A DNA stretch of 64,000 nucleotides from Octopus vulgaris (lineage: Eukaryota), in the NCBI GenBank assembly GCA_951406725.2, contig OX597819.1, positions 94,240,001-94,304,000 of the forward strand, read 5' to 3'. The notes beneath the pieces were generated by a model, which worked only from the letters and a program-made list of their open reading frames with translations, made no database searches and was not told where the DNA came from. A program made the position numbers and the translations under genes. Position 1 is the stretch's first letter. Every line of letters starts with the position of its first letter. Shown here in pieces: positions 38,692-51,311 of this stretch.

Positions 38692-40506
38692 ATCTTTCCT
38701 TATCTCTTTCTTTCATACATGATTAAGAAAACATTATTTAATTCATCTGAAGGTGAAGAATATATCTGGAGGAATAACAAAACAATTGACTAGTCTTAGC
38801 CACACATCCACACACACATGCACACTCACAAACATGCATACACAAATACATGTTGCACATGCACGCACATATACATGTATACACTGTCTGCAGCTAGTTC
38901 TGGAAAAATCTCTAAAATTTCTGAGAAGTGTTAAATATAATTATAATTTGTTTGTTTTATTTTTAGGAAAGTTTTTTTACTTTTTATTTTTCATTTTTTT
39001 TTGTATAAATAAAGTTTCCATCATTTTCATTTCACATTTGTTTTTCTATTCAAGATATTTGCATCTGGTTTTGACAGCTCTAGCTGAGCCAGCCCATAGC
39101 ATACCAATGGATAGTAGACCTCTTTGTACTAATAAGAACATTTACTTATTCACACACACATACACACACACACATTCACACACACTCACACACCCACACA
39201 CATTTTCTCTTTCTCTCTCTCACGCACACACATGCACACACACACATATGCACACATGTATGTATAAATATAATTCATTTACATTTGTGCATATATGTAC
39301 ACATACATATATATTCATATATATATGCTTACACACATACATATATATATATATATATATGCCAGCATGGGCATGGAAAATGAATATTAGATGATGACGA
39401 TGATGATGATGATGATATATATATACATATATATATATATATCAATTGATGAATGTTTGTATTTGCAAAAGGAGAAAAGTTTTGATTACATAAAATGTGT
39501 ATTATTTGAAGCAGAAGCTTCTTGAATCATAACTCAGAGTTTCATGTTATTCAGCCCCTCAAATTATTCAGTCCTTTAAATAGTTACCAATAGGGAGGCC
39601 AGTGTTACAATTCAGGGAGCTTCAAGTGACAACATAAATTAATGAAGACTCTCAAGTTCTCCAGGCAGCAAAGCAACCTCTCTAGTACTAGCGCCACAAT
39701 AGAATGCATCCAGTATAGACAGAATAGGGTAAAGAGAACAAGGAGACTGCGTTAGTGCTGGTGCCACAATAAAATGTATTCAGTGCAATCTGTAAAGTTA
39801 TTGAAGAGACAATATCCAGTTTTGAGGATAAAGAAACTTTTCTAGTGTTGGTATCGCAGTAAAATATCCGTAGCACATCCAGGAGAGTGTTTGCAAGGGT
39901 ATCTAGTCATACAAAACCAATCTAAAAATGTAATACAGGAGTAAGACATGATCTTTTGATTGTTCAAGTAAAGAAAAGAAAATTGAATTTGAGCTGGCTC
40001 AGATACCCTTCAGTTGCATTGGTATTCATTTTCAAATGAGTTTACTGAAGCAACATGAAATAAAATGCCATGCTCCTGAAGAATAGTTTTTTATACTTTC
40101 CTAAATTTTTAACATTATTGCTTTTTTTTTTTTTACTTTAAAACATTGCTCTTCATATATGAAATGTCCCATTAATTCTTTTATTTGCCATTTTAAGTGT
40201 AATAGTATTTTTTTATCTCCAGTTAATAAGAAAATTAACAATTGTCTATCCATAGAAAAATCTGTTTTAATGTATTAAGAAACATCTGGCCATAGAAAAA
40301 ATCTGCCTTGACAAATAACAAATTCCATCCAACCCATACAGGCATAAAAAAGTGGATGTAAGAGTGATTATGATGATGTTTTAACAGAAGTAACAGATTT
40401 CAAATGCCTATGTATATGTGTATTTAGTTAACTTAGCTTTTTTTTGTGTGTGCATGTTTACTTATTTATTTGATCTTTTTATTATAATTTTCCTTTCTTT
40501 TTGCAG

Positions 40507-40635
40507 CTTTTTAAGGGAACATTTCACTATTGTCATGGCCCATACGTCCAGAATGTTACCAACAAAACGGACTGCATGAAAGATCCTAGAAACCGTTGGC
40601 GCAACCAAAAGTACAACTTTGATAACTTAGGCCAG
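40507..40635 (+). CDS. Cav3: Cav3 exon, domain III turret (LFKGTFHYCHGPYVQNVTNKTDCMKDPRNRWRNQKYNFDNLGQ)
   Basis: ttgcag|…|gttagt, 129 nt, phase 0-0. LFKG and YNFDNLGQ motifs, two Cys, NVT/NKT sequons. Confidence 0.97.
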
Positions 40636-40941
40636 GTTAGTGCTGAAATGATAAATTTCTAATCCATAAAACTAACTCATCAAATCATTTCTGATGAATC
40701 AATGAGACAGAGATTCGTCAAGCCTAGGAAACCCTTATGTAATTGAATTGTGATAAATATATTCTCCCTTAAATTATACTGTAGCAAACTTAGGCTCCAT
40801 CACAACCCCTAATTCAAATTTCAAAATTATCTCCTTTGGCCTTTCTTATCAAGAATTAATCATTAAAGCTAATAATTAATTTGTGAAAAGAAAGATAAAA
40901 TTTTAATGAAAATAATTTTTAGTTCATTATGCATGGTTCAT

Positions 40942-41135
40942 AGGTACATATGTGGCTGTGTGGTAAGAAGTTTCCTTCCCAGCCACATGATTCCAGGTTC
41001 AGTTCTACTGCATGACACCTTCAACAAGTGTCTGCTATAGCCCTAGGCCAGCCAAAACCTTGTGAGTGGATTTGGTCGATGGAAACTAAGGAAGCCTGTT
41101 GAATATATATATGTGCATGTATATATGTATGTATG

Positions 41136-41170
<35 letters not shown>

Positions 41171-41383
41171 CATGCGTGTTTTTGTGTTTGTCCCCACCAT
41201 CACTTGACAACCAGTGTTGGTTTGTTTATTCCCCCCATAACATAGCAGTTCAGCAAGAGATACTAAGAGAATAAGTATCAAACTTTAAAAGAAAAATAAT
41301 TACTGGGGCTGATTTGTTCCCCTAAAACCTTCAAAGGTTTTAGGGGAACAAATGACTGAAGCAAGTAAAAAAATAAAGATAAG
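40942..41383 (+). mobile_element. SINE family A, diverged
   Basis: Same head, core and tail as 1531-1964 in the opposite orientation. Confidence 0.85.
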
Positions 41384-41717
41384 TATATATTTTCTCTCAC
41401 AGTCCTAGGTACACTATTTAAAAATATGTGATGAGACAATCATAGCTGGAATACTTTTATTCTTTTATTTTTTTTACTTGTTTTAGTCATTTGACTGTGG
41501 CCATGCTGGAGCACCGTCTTTTTGCTTGATCAAAGCTGACTCAGGACTAAATAACAACAACAATTATTATTTTTGAAAATTTACTTATATTGCTAAGACT
41601 TATTTACTATTTGAGTCCATAAGAGGAGTACTGTAAAAGACTGTTACTGAACAAAGATAAATCCATGAAGGAATTAGTTCACAACATTATTTTCAATGTA
41701 CTTGCTTCACTTGTAGT

Positions 41718-41960
41718 GGAAGTGCATGGCTTAGTGGTTAAGGTATTGGACTCATGATTGTAAGATTGTGGTTTCAATTCCGAGACCAAGCAATGTGTCA
41801 TGTTCTTGAGCAAAACACTTCATTTCACGTTACTCCAGTCCACTCAGCTGGCAAAAGTGAGTAAACCTGCAATGGACTGGCACCCATCCAGGTGGGGAAT
41901 ATATATGCCATGAACACAGGGAAACCGGCGTTATGAGTCTGTATGACTTGGGAATGAACT
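41718..41960 (+). mobile_element. tRNA-derived SINE (family C)
   Basis: tggcttagtggttaagg A box, ggtttcaattcc B box, ttgagcaaaacactt core, cctgcaatggactggcacccatccagg. Related copies at about 35235-35540 (-) and 57315-57610 (+). Confidence 0.8.
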
Positions 41961-42396
41961 TTTTTACCTACTAAACTGCTTCACTTATAATAGCCATCAC
42001 AAATTTTGATTCTTATAAATCTGAGATGACATACCACTGAATGAATTTCTTCATAGCTCAGTGAAGCATCAAATTGACTGTATATGTTACATAACTTTAA
42101 ATTCATCTTAAACTTTGTTAGTTACTTGGGCAATGACTTAAAGGTAGATCACCTATATTGAGTTCAAACATTGTTGTCATCTCCCAGCTACGGGACTAAT
42201 TAAATTAAATTAAACGGAAAATATTTCCAATGATTATGGCATCCATACAGTTGGTCTGTATGTATCAAGTAAAACACTAGAATCTGGGCAAAAGTGTGTT
42301 AGCCAACATCAGTAAAAATTAGTTTAATAAAATATACAAGATCGAATCAAATAATTTGTTACAATAAAGGAAAATAAAATTTGGCAGAATTCTGCT

Positions 42397-42829
42397 TTAA
42401 GTACCCCATATTTTTTGGAATTTTCAAAAGATTTTTGCTAATTTGTATTTTACACATGGGAATTCACACAACTATGGAAAGAAATTTTTTTTAATTTTTC
42501 AAATTTCTTTTTATTTAATTCAGTTTGAAATACAGACAGTCCAAATTTTTGGCTTCAATCCCAGCAGTAGACCATTAAATGTGTTTATGGGGAAAAAGAT
42601 ATTGAAAAATATCACTACATCAGACTTACAAACAAACAAGGAGGGTATGAGGAGGTTGTAAGATATGCTAAAAATAACAGCCCTTAAATCACGCACCAAA
42701 AAATTCTTTTTTTCTACATTATCGTATGAATTCCTGTGTATTGAACAACACAAATTCACAAAACTTTTCTGTGAATTCCAAAAAATTAAAAAGTTATGAG
42801 GGGTTATAATCATTACATGGTGTACTTAA
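42397..42829. mobile_element. TTAA-flanked MITE-like element
   Basis: ttaagtaccccat … atggtgtacttaa, plus subterminal inverted blocks ttttttggaatt…aatttgt / acaaatt…gaattccaaaaaa. Confidence 0.55.
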
Positions 42830-42888
42830 ATCAGAAATCTGCCCAAAATTTGATATAAAATCCCTGCTAAAATGCAAGAATTTTCCAA

Positions 42889-42929
<41 letters not shown>

Positions 42930-42982
42930 GTTTATCAGTTTGTGTTACAAGATTCCTGGTGTGAAATTGTGTGTTGAAATAG

Positions 42983-43736
42983 ATATTCTTGTATTTTGGG
43001 ATGGTCATTTTTATTTTTGCCACATAAACACATGCACTATATATTTGTTCTTCACTCATTTATTACTGTTCTTATTTTGACTCATGTCCATTGTCCGAAA
43101 ATCTTTCATCACACATCTGTGACCTCATCAGTGACACTTTTCATTTTCATGTGTGCTCTTGCTATACTTACTCCATTCTGCTCTTCCATGATGTGTATCC
43201 TTATGTGCGCATGCATTTGCATCTGTGTGTGTGTGTGAGTATGCTTGTCTGTGTATCATTGTTCTTAGCAGCAGTATGGCCTTTCCCTTGGTCACATCCT
43301 CTCACCCCGTTTTGTTGCTGCTGTCCAGGACCTGAAAATTGGTACAGAGAGATACAGAAACTGTACCAAATTTTGGTGTCCTAGGACAGCAACAGCACAA
43401 TAGGGTGAGAGGATGGGGTTGAGGGGAAGGCCATACTGCTGCTAAGAACAATGACATACACACAACCACACACATACAAATGCACACACACAAACATGGA
43501 CACAAACACATGTGAACATAAGGATACACATCATAAAATAGCAGAATGGAGTAAGTGGAGCAGGAGCATACACGAAAACGAAAATGTCTCTGAAGAGGTC
43601 ACAGATGTGTGACAAAAGATTTCCAGACAATGGACATGAGTTAAAATAAGAACAGTAATGAACTAGTGAAGAACAAGTATTTAGTGTGTGCGTGTATTTG
43701 ACCCCAAAAAATGACCATCTCGAAATACAACAATAT
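42983..43736. repeat. ~750-bp imperfect palindrome (arms 42983-43347 and 43361-43736)
   Basis: Arms align as reverse complements throughout. Mirrored ORFs 43091+ and 43442- in the track. 13-nt centre between ggtacag and ctgtacc. Confidence 0.93.
43092..43136 (-). ncRNA. Minimal type I hammerhead-ribozyme-like motif (left arm of palindrome)
   Basis: UGUCA-CUGAUGA-G-GUCAC-AGAUGU-GUGAU-GAAA-GAUU-UUC-GGACA. The mirrored copy at 43585-43629 (+) has CUGAAGA and a perfect UGUCU/AGACA stem I but GAAA changed to AAAA. Confidence 0.6.
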
Positions 43737-43761
43737 ATGTGTGTGTGTGTGTATATACATA

Positions 43762-44164
43762 TTCTCTTTTTTTTCTCTTTTTTTACTTGTTTCAGTCATT
43801 TGACTGCGGCCATGCTGGAGCACCGCCTTTAGTCGAGCAAATCGACCCCGGGACTTATTCTTTGTAAGCCCTGTACTTATTCTATCGGTCTCTTTTTGCC
43901 GAACCGCTAAGTGACGGGGACGTAAACACACCAGCATCGGTTGTCAAGCAATGCTAGGGGGACAAACACAGACACACAAACACACATACATATATATATA
44001 CGACAGGCTTCTTTCAGTTTCCGTCTACCAAATCCACTCACAAGGCATTGGTCGGCCCGGGGCTATAGCAGAAGACACTTGCCCAAGATGCCACGCAGTG
44101 GGACTGAACCCGGAACCATGAGGTTGGTTAGCAAGCTACTTACCACACAGCCACTCCTGCGCCT
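43762..44164 (-). mobile_element. SINE family A, young (CpG-rich)
   Basis: Aligns end to end with 1531-1964. Confidence 0.9.
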
Positions 44165-44167
44165 ATA

Positions 44168-44217
<50 letters not shown>

Positions 44218-44250
44218 CGTATTTCGAGATGGTCATTTTATAAATATATA

Positions 44251-46037
44251 TCATCATCATCATCATCGTTTAACGTCCGCTTTCCATGCTAGCATGGGTT
44301 GGACAGTTCAACTGGGGTCTGGGAAGCCCGGAGGCTGCACCAGGCCAGTCAGATGTGGCAGTGTTTCTACAGCTGAATGCCCTTCCTAATGCCAACCGCT
44401 CCGTGAGTGTAGTGGGTGTAGTGGCCACACTCGGATGGTGCTTTTTATGTGCCACCGGCACGGAGGCCAGGCGAGGCTGGCAACAGCTACGATCAGATGG
44501 TGTTTGTTTCGTGCCACCAGCACAGAGGCCAGTCGATGCGGTGCTGGCTACGGCCACGTTTGGATGGTTCTCTTATGTGCCACCGGCACTGGTACCACAA
44601 CTACAAATTCCATTGATGTTGATCGATTTCGATTTTGATTGATTTTTGGATTCTAACTTGCCTCAACAGATCTTCACAAGTAGAGTTATGTGTCCCAAGA
44701 AGGAAGGTATGCACCTATGGACTGACTACGTCCCAGGTAGGGGCCACAGGTTATGGCCTCACTTGTCCTGCCGGGTCTTCTCACGCACAGCATACTTCCA
44801 AAGGTCTCAGTCTTTGGTCATTTCCTCGGTGAGACCTAAAGAGCGAAGGTCGTGCTTCACCACCTCGTCCCAGGTTTTCCTGGGTCTACCTCTTCCACAG
44901 GTTCCCTCAACCGCTAGGGTGTGGCACTTTTTCACACAACTATCTTCATCCATTCTTACCACGTGTCCATACTAGCATAGACGTCTCTCTTGCACACCAC
45001 ATCTGATGCTCCTTAGGTCCAACTTTTCTCTCAAGGCACTTACACTCTGTCGGTTATGAACACTGACATTACACATCCATCGGAGCATACTGGCTTCATT
45101 TCTTGCAAGCTTACGCATATCCTCAGCAGTCATGGCCCATGTTTCACTGCCATGTAGCATGGCTGTTCGTACACATGCGTCATACAGTCTGCCTTTTACT
45201 CTGAGCGAGAGGCCTTTTGTCACCAGCAGAGGTAAGAGCTCTCTGAACTTTGCCCAGGCTATTCTAACTCTAGCAGTTACACTTTCGGCACATCCGACCC
45301 TGCTACTGACTTGATCACCTAGGTAGTGGAAACTATCAACTATTTCTAGTTTTTCTCCCTGGAATGTGGCAGAAGATGGTCTCTGCACATTTTCAGTGTT
45401 TATTGCTCCTGAGCATCTGCCACATACAAAAACTATATTCCTAATTAGCCTTCCTTTGACATTGCTGCACCTCTTATGTGTCCATAGCTTACACTTGGTG
45501 CATCTTATAGAGCTCCTACCTACGCCTTTTCTACAGATCGAACAGGGCCATCTTCCTGAAGGCGTTTGAGATTTGTCTACCTTCCTACTGATTACGACTT
45601 TGGTTTTAACTAGGTTGACTCTAAGGCCCTTCGATTCTAATCCTTGCTTCCACGTCTGAAACTTCTCCTCCAGTTCTGATAGTGATTCAGCAATTAGGGC
45701 AAGGTCATCAGCATAGAGGAGCTCCCAGGGGCATCCTGTCTTGAATTCCTCCGTTATTGCCTGGAGGACTATGATAAATAGGAGGGGACTGAGGACTGAG
45801 CCTTGGTGGACCCCAACCTCTACCCAGAATTCTTCACTGTATTCATTGCCAACCCTCACCTTACTAACAGCATCCCTGTACATGGCACGCACAGCTCTCA
45901 CTAACCATTCATCTATCCCTAGTTTCCTCATTGACCACCGGATAAGGGATCAGGGGAGCCTGTCAAAGGCTTTCTCCAAGTCAACGAAAGCCAGGTACAG
46001 AGTTTTATCTTTGGCTAGGTATTTCTCTTTGGCTAGG

Positions 46038-46043
<6 letters not shown>
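44251..46043 (-). mobile_element. 5'-truncated RTE-clade LINE (RT domain, ORF end, 3' UTR, (TGA)n tail), inactivated
   Basis: AFVDLEKAFD, GVHQGSVLSPLLF and LLYADDL RT motifs. Premature stops at about 45950 and 44972, natural stop about 44760. TA-rich sequence on both sides. Confidence 0.95.
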
Positions 46044-46084
<41 letters not shown>

Positions 46085-46108
46085 CATACATGTACATATA
46101 TATATGAG

Positions 46109-46143
<35 letters not shown>

Positions 46144-47175
46144 AGTGCGCATGTGAGTTAGTGTTCCTTTGTTTTGACATCACATCCTAGTTAGTTGTAA
46201 ATGGGAGTCGCAGCCATACAAGTGGTATCAATCATTTCCAATTTCCTGTAAAAACAGGTCCAGCGATTTACCTGGAAACAGGTGAGTTGGTGACAGGAAA
46301 AGAATCCTGCTGTAGAAGATCTGCCTTAATAAATAAATTCCATCCAACCCATAAAAGCATGGAAAAGTGGACATTAAAACAATAATGACAATGATGATGA
46401 TAATTCCAACAACAATTATGATAACGATGATCATGAGGAGGATGACATTGATGATGAGTGTGACGATGATGACATGCAAATGATTAGCATCCTATTAATA
46501 TTCATTAAAGGCAGCATTAAACTTATTAGGATGACCTACACTAAAGTCACTGTGATATGTTAGATTTGCATGTCAGTAAGTACAGTTAAATTTGTTGCTG
46601 GTTTTTTTGGGGTTTTTTTTTTTTTTTGCAGTTTAACATCATATCAAAGAATTCAGTAAACCATACAATGTCACACTGATAAGCAATGTTACAAAATATG
46701 TATGTTCATGCCATCAGTTTTATGCAATTTGTCAAAATCTATCATGTGAGTTATTGCCATTTGCCATAGAGCAAAAAAAAAAAAAATGAACTGTTTCGTT
46801 TTCAGTATGTTTCTGTTTGATTATGATTGTTTTATGCATATTATTATCAACACATGCCTGAGTGTATACATAAATACGCAACTACTCCAGATCAATGTAT
46901 AAATCATGTATGCTTCCACATACGCAACCTCATAACACCATATTCGCAAACACTTACATATACACTCTCATTTGCACATACACACATATTATTTATGTTT
47001 GTACTTTCACACTTCTGTTCAAACAGTAGTTTTTTTTTTTGGTTTGTTTTGTTTTTTGTTATTTTTAACGACATTACTTTTGATGTGTCTGTGTTTCAAT
47101 GTTTTTGTTTTATTATTTATTTTTTTATTTTTTGTAAACAGTTTTAATTTTTACACTGTTGATTTTTATCTTTAG

Positions 47176-47265
47176 GCTTTGATGGCTTTGTTTGTCCTGG
47201 CCTCAAAAGATGGCTGGGTTAGCATTATGTACACAGGCTTAGACGCTGTCGGTGTGGATCTTCAG
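47176..47265 (+). CDS. Cav3: Cav3 exon, domain III pore loop ([30 protein letters not shown])
   Basis: tttag|…|gtaaga, 90 nt, phase 0-0. SKDGW puts Asp at the domain III filter position (EEDD), diagnostic of T-type rather than Cav1/Cav2 (E) or Nav1 (K). Confidence 0.98.
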
Positions 47266-49045
47266 GTAAGATTACTCAATGTTTTATTTTCAGGCCATAA
47301 ATAATTCACACTTTGGGCAAATATTTTAATACCTTGTTTATTGTTATCACAACTTCAGTGTAGAGGAGGGGGAGAATTATGTTTTTATAATCCATATTCT
47401 AATTCTAGAAGCATGTAAAAGGAAAAGGAAGAAAAACAGAGTGAGAGAGAGAAAGAGAGATTGGGATAACATAAAGTAATTTATATTTGATGTTCATTGC
47501 TCATCCTGTGGCAGATATTGCTGAAATGTTAAACATTTATCAAGTTTCTAATCTCTTTTGAGAGTAAATATGTGATGGGAATATCCACTGAATCTTTGCT
47601 TGATGTTTCAGTCGATTCTTTTATTTGATTCCAGTGAGATGGCAGAGTGAAATAGTTAACAAGTTCCTCTACTGATTGTTTTACATTTTTTCTGAAATTT
47701 ATTTGTTTTTTAGTTAATTACAATGTAAGAAAATTTCATTAAATTTTCATTTTATTTTTTATTTTAAGTTTATATTTTTTTCTTACATTTTTTTCTGTTT
47801 TCGAAAATTCTACAATTTATTATCTGAGAAGGGAATTATTGAAATATTAAATAATTTATATGATATTATATATGTGAATTTGGGGCACCCTATATATTTG
47901 TAAACATTTTGCTCCTGTTGTACACATGTATACAAAAGATTACTACAGATCAATATATTTCATAATTGAGATGACTATCGCTCAGAGAAACCTTTCTAAC
48001 TCATGCAGACATGAAGAAAAATTAAGCATTAAAGGTGAGAAGAAAGAATAGATAATAATGGTAATAGTAGTGGTAAATGTTGTTTTAGTCGTAGCTGTAG
48101 TAGTAGTAGTAGTAGTAATAGTAGCAGTAGTTCTTTGTTTAAGTATTAAGAACATCGGAATACATCAAATTAATTGCTAAAGTGTTCCTGGAATACCTGT
48201 GGAGAAAAATAAGCTACAAACTGAAATACTATTCTGTTTGATATTTAGTCCAAATGTCTGCTTAATATAAAATTGTTTTAATTACTGCATAGGAATTTGT
48301 AAAATTTAATGTTTGCCATTTGCCAAACAGCTTAAGTAGATTCTAAGGAACTAAAACAAATTTACAAAGAAAATCACAGAACAATTTTAAACTCTATTTT
48401 TCCTATGACCCTCTTTTATTTTGCCTTTTACATTACTTTGGGGTCAAATTTAGTTGAAATCATTCACATTTTGAAACTTGATTAACACAGTTTCACCACA
48501 ATTAAAAGGTTGAAGACAAAACTGTTTGTATTTATCATAGTTCTAATATATAAATCATAATACTTTAGGCAATCTTCTCCTTAATGTTGATGCTACAATG
48601 TCCATTGTCTGTGATTGTATTATTGCAACTCATTAATAACTCGATTCCTGACTCTTTCTTATTAAAGTTTTGTCCATAGTGTAATTCTGAAATCTGCTTT
48701 CAGGCAAATTCTTTCATTGCACCCTGAAATGATTATGATTTAAATTTTGACAAATAATGTTACTGAAGATATAAGTGAAATTAAATAGTATTTAGTACCT
48801 CACTGTAGCAATCTGGATGTATCAGTTGATATAATTTCATCTGAACATCACATTACAAATCCAGAGAAAACTATTGATTTGGCAAGCTAGAGAGTTAACA
48901 ACACTCACATAGCTGTTAAATCAGCAGAGACATACATAGCAGTACCAGTTACTACATACAAAAACATTGTAAATCATATCCAAACTAGCCAATTTTAGTG
49001 CTATTTCTGGACCTAGAAGAAATAGTAGTAAAATCTCTCTGGAAT

Positions 49046-49300
49046 GAGGTGCAAGGCATAGCTGTGTGGTTAAGAAATTGCTTCCCAACTGTGTGATCTT
49101 GGGTTCAGTCCCACTGTGCAGCACCCTGGGTGTCTTCTTCTTTAGTCCTGAACCAACCAAAACTTTGAGAGTGGATATGGTAGGCGAAAACTGAAAGAAA
49201 CCTGTTGTATACATATCTATCTATATGTGTATGTATGTGTGAATGTGTGTTTGTGTTTTGATATCATATGATGATTGCAAATGATGTTGTTTGTTTCCAG
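49046..49300 (+). mobile_element. SINE family A, partial
   Basis: gctgtgtggttaagaa…gggttcagtcccactg…gaaaactgaaagaaacc head and core. Confidence 0.75.
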
Positions 49301-49504
49301 TCTTCCCAGACCATAGGAATTTTGAAGGGAGCAGACTTAATCAATACCATAGACACTAGTACTTGGCTAGTTCTTTATTTTATTACTCTTGAAAGGATGA
49401 AAAGCAGACCTTAGCAGCATTTGAATTCAGGATGTTAAGAGCCACAATGAATGCCACAAAGCATATTTTTTCAACACTTCTGTCAGCTTCATGAGTATAT
49501 ATAA

Positions 49505-50620
49505 TAAATCATCTCCTCTATATTAATGATATACACCTACTTGGAAGTGATAATATCCCACTGGAGAACTTATTAAGAACTGTGCATGAATTATGCTGTA
49601 ATATCAAAATTAGTATTGGATTAGACAAATTATCCAGAGCTGAAAAGAGGGAAATCAATTAAAATTGAAAACATTCAATTAGATTTAGAAATGGAAAGGA
49701 TAAAATTAGAACAAAACTACTTACACAATACTTCAGAGTAATGAATCTGATAATATAAACTTGCAAAATAAGAGCAAGTTAGATAAGACTACTACATTAA
49801 CTTATATCATCTGACTGGCTGACTTGCTTGGATCAGTGCAACTCTTTCATGTTAGATGTGCCAATTAAGCACTGTAGCATAAACGTCTGGCCAGGGTTTT
49901 AGTTACATTGGACTTCCACCAGCTGAAATATCTCTTCTATACATGCTATGACTGCAGATGATAGCAGTGGTTTGCTAACTGAACTGGTTGGTTCCGGCCA
50001 TTGATAGCTTGTTGTCTGTTCATCTACTCAGCATTTAGTTCAATAGGTTCAATAAATTTATTTGCTGGAATAGTTCACATACACAAAACTGCATCCCATG
50101 ACTTCAACATACTATGACTCAGGTGGTTACATGCTATTTAACCCATGGTTGAGACTCTGGCAAATGCTACTCTTCTGGGACAGAGTAGACCTGGAAACAA
50201 CAGTGATCAAGAGATCGTTCCACACTCCTCAAAACCCTGGAACTCCCAAAGTCTCTACACTGAGTGCATATTAAAGTCATACTCAGGACTATGAGAGTAC
50301 TACAGAAGAGTCATATTAATATTACAAACTGAATTCAATACTAGAAATAAAACTATCAGTATAAATACACTACCCATCTCAATTATAAACCATAGTTGAT
50401 ATGTTATAAAATGGAATTTACATGAAAAGAAATATCTAGACAGGATAACTAGGCTATCCAGTGAATTCCAAATCAACCATCCTGAAGTTAAGATATGTCT
50501 TTAAGGCATATCTTAACTGCAAAGACTGAAGATGTATGGTGTATATATCTCAAAGATAGAGAAATACTCTTGGTAGTACTGTAAAGACTTGCATGAAACT
50601 ATTGAAAACACACAAAAAAA
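49505..50620 (+). pseudogene. Decayed R4/Dong-like RT fragment interrupted by unrelated sequence (about 49800-50300)
   Basis: Remnant translations NHLLYINDIHL…LLRTVHELCCNIKISIGLDK and RRVILILQTEFNTRNKTISINTLPISII…KWNLHEKKYLDRITR. Confidence 0.6.
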
Positions 50621-50842
50621 AACAACAACAATAATAAAGGTTTCTGATTTTGGCACAAGAGCAACAATTTTGAGGAGTGGGGTGAAACCATCGACCCCTC
50701 TACTTGACTGGTTCTTTATTTTATCCTGGAAGGATGAAAAGGAAATTGACCCCAGGAAAATCTGAACTCAGAATGCTAAGAGCTAAGCATTTTTGCCATT
50801 ACCCTAAAGATTCTGCAATATCACTACTTGTTAATAATAATG

Positions 50843-50890
<48 letters not shown>

Positions 50891-51311
50891 GCCAGACATA
50901 GTCTTAATTGAGAAAGAAAGCCCGACATAGTCTTAATTGAGAAAGAAAACAAACTATGCTGGATCATAGATATAGCATGCCCAGCTGACAACAAGGTATG
51001 CAAAAGGAAGAAAGAAAAGTGGAGATATATGACAGGTTAGCTTGGGAAGTTAAGCAGTTGTGGTTGATGGAAAAGATAGCAGTAGTACCAATAATTGTCG
51101 GAGCCCTGGGAACAGTGAGCAAAAATCTCAAGAAATATGTGGAACAAATAGGGGCTGCAATAAGGGTGGAGCACTTGCAGTAAACAACACTGCTTGGAAC
51201 CGCTCGAATGCTCTGGAAGGTGCACGAAAAATAAGGGGTGTTACCTTAGTTCACTGGTAGGGAACAGCTGACACTGTAGTGCATCTCCAGCGTTAGAAGC
51301 TGTGCAAGGGC
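50891..51311 (+). mobile_element. 3' end of an R4/Dong-like non-LTR element (restriction-like endonuclease domain) in (AAT)n
   Basis: PDIVLIEKENKLCWIIDIACPAD…KVEIYDRLAWEVKQLW…VVPIIVGALG…LLGTARML with one frameshift and one stop. (AAT)n on both sides. Confidence 0.85.

Noticed and set aside
41718-41790. tRNA gene
   Set aside because: A/B boxes run into a SINE body with other copies in the window, and no clean cloverleaf.
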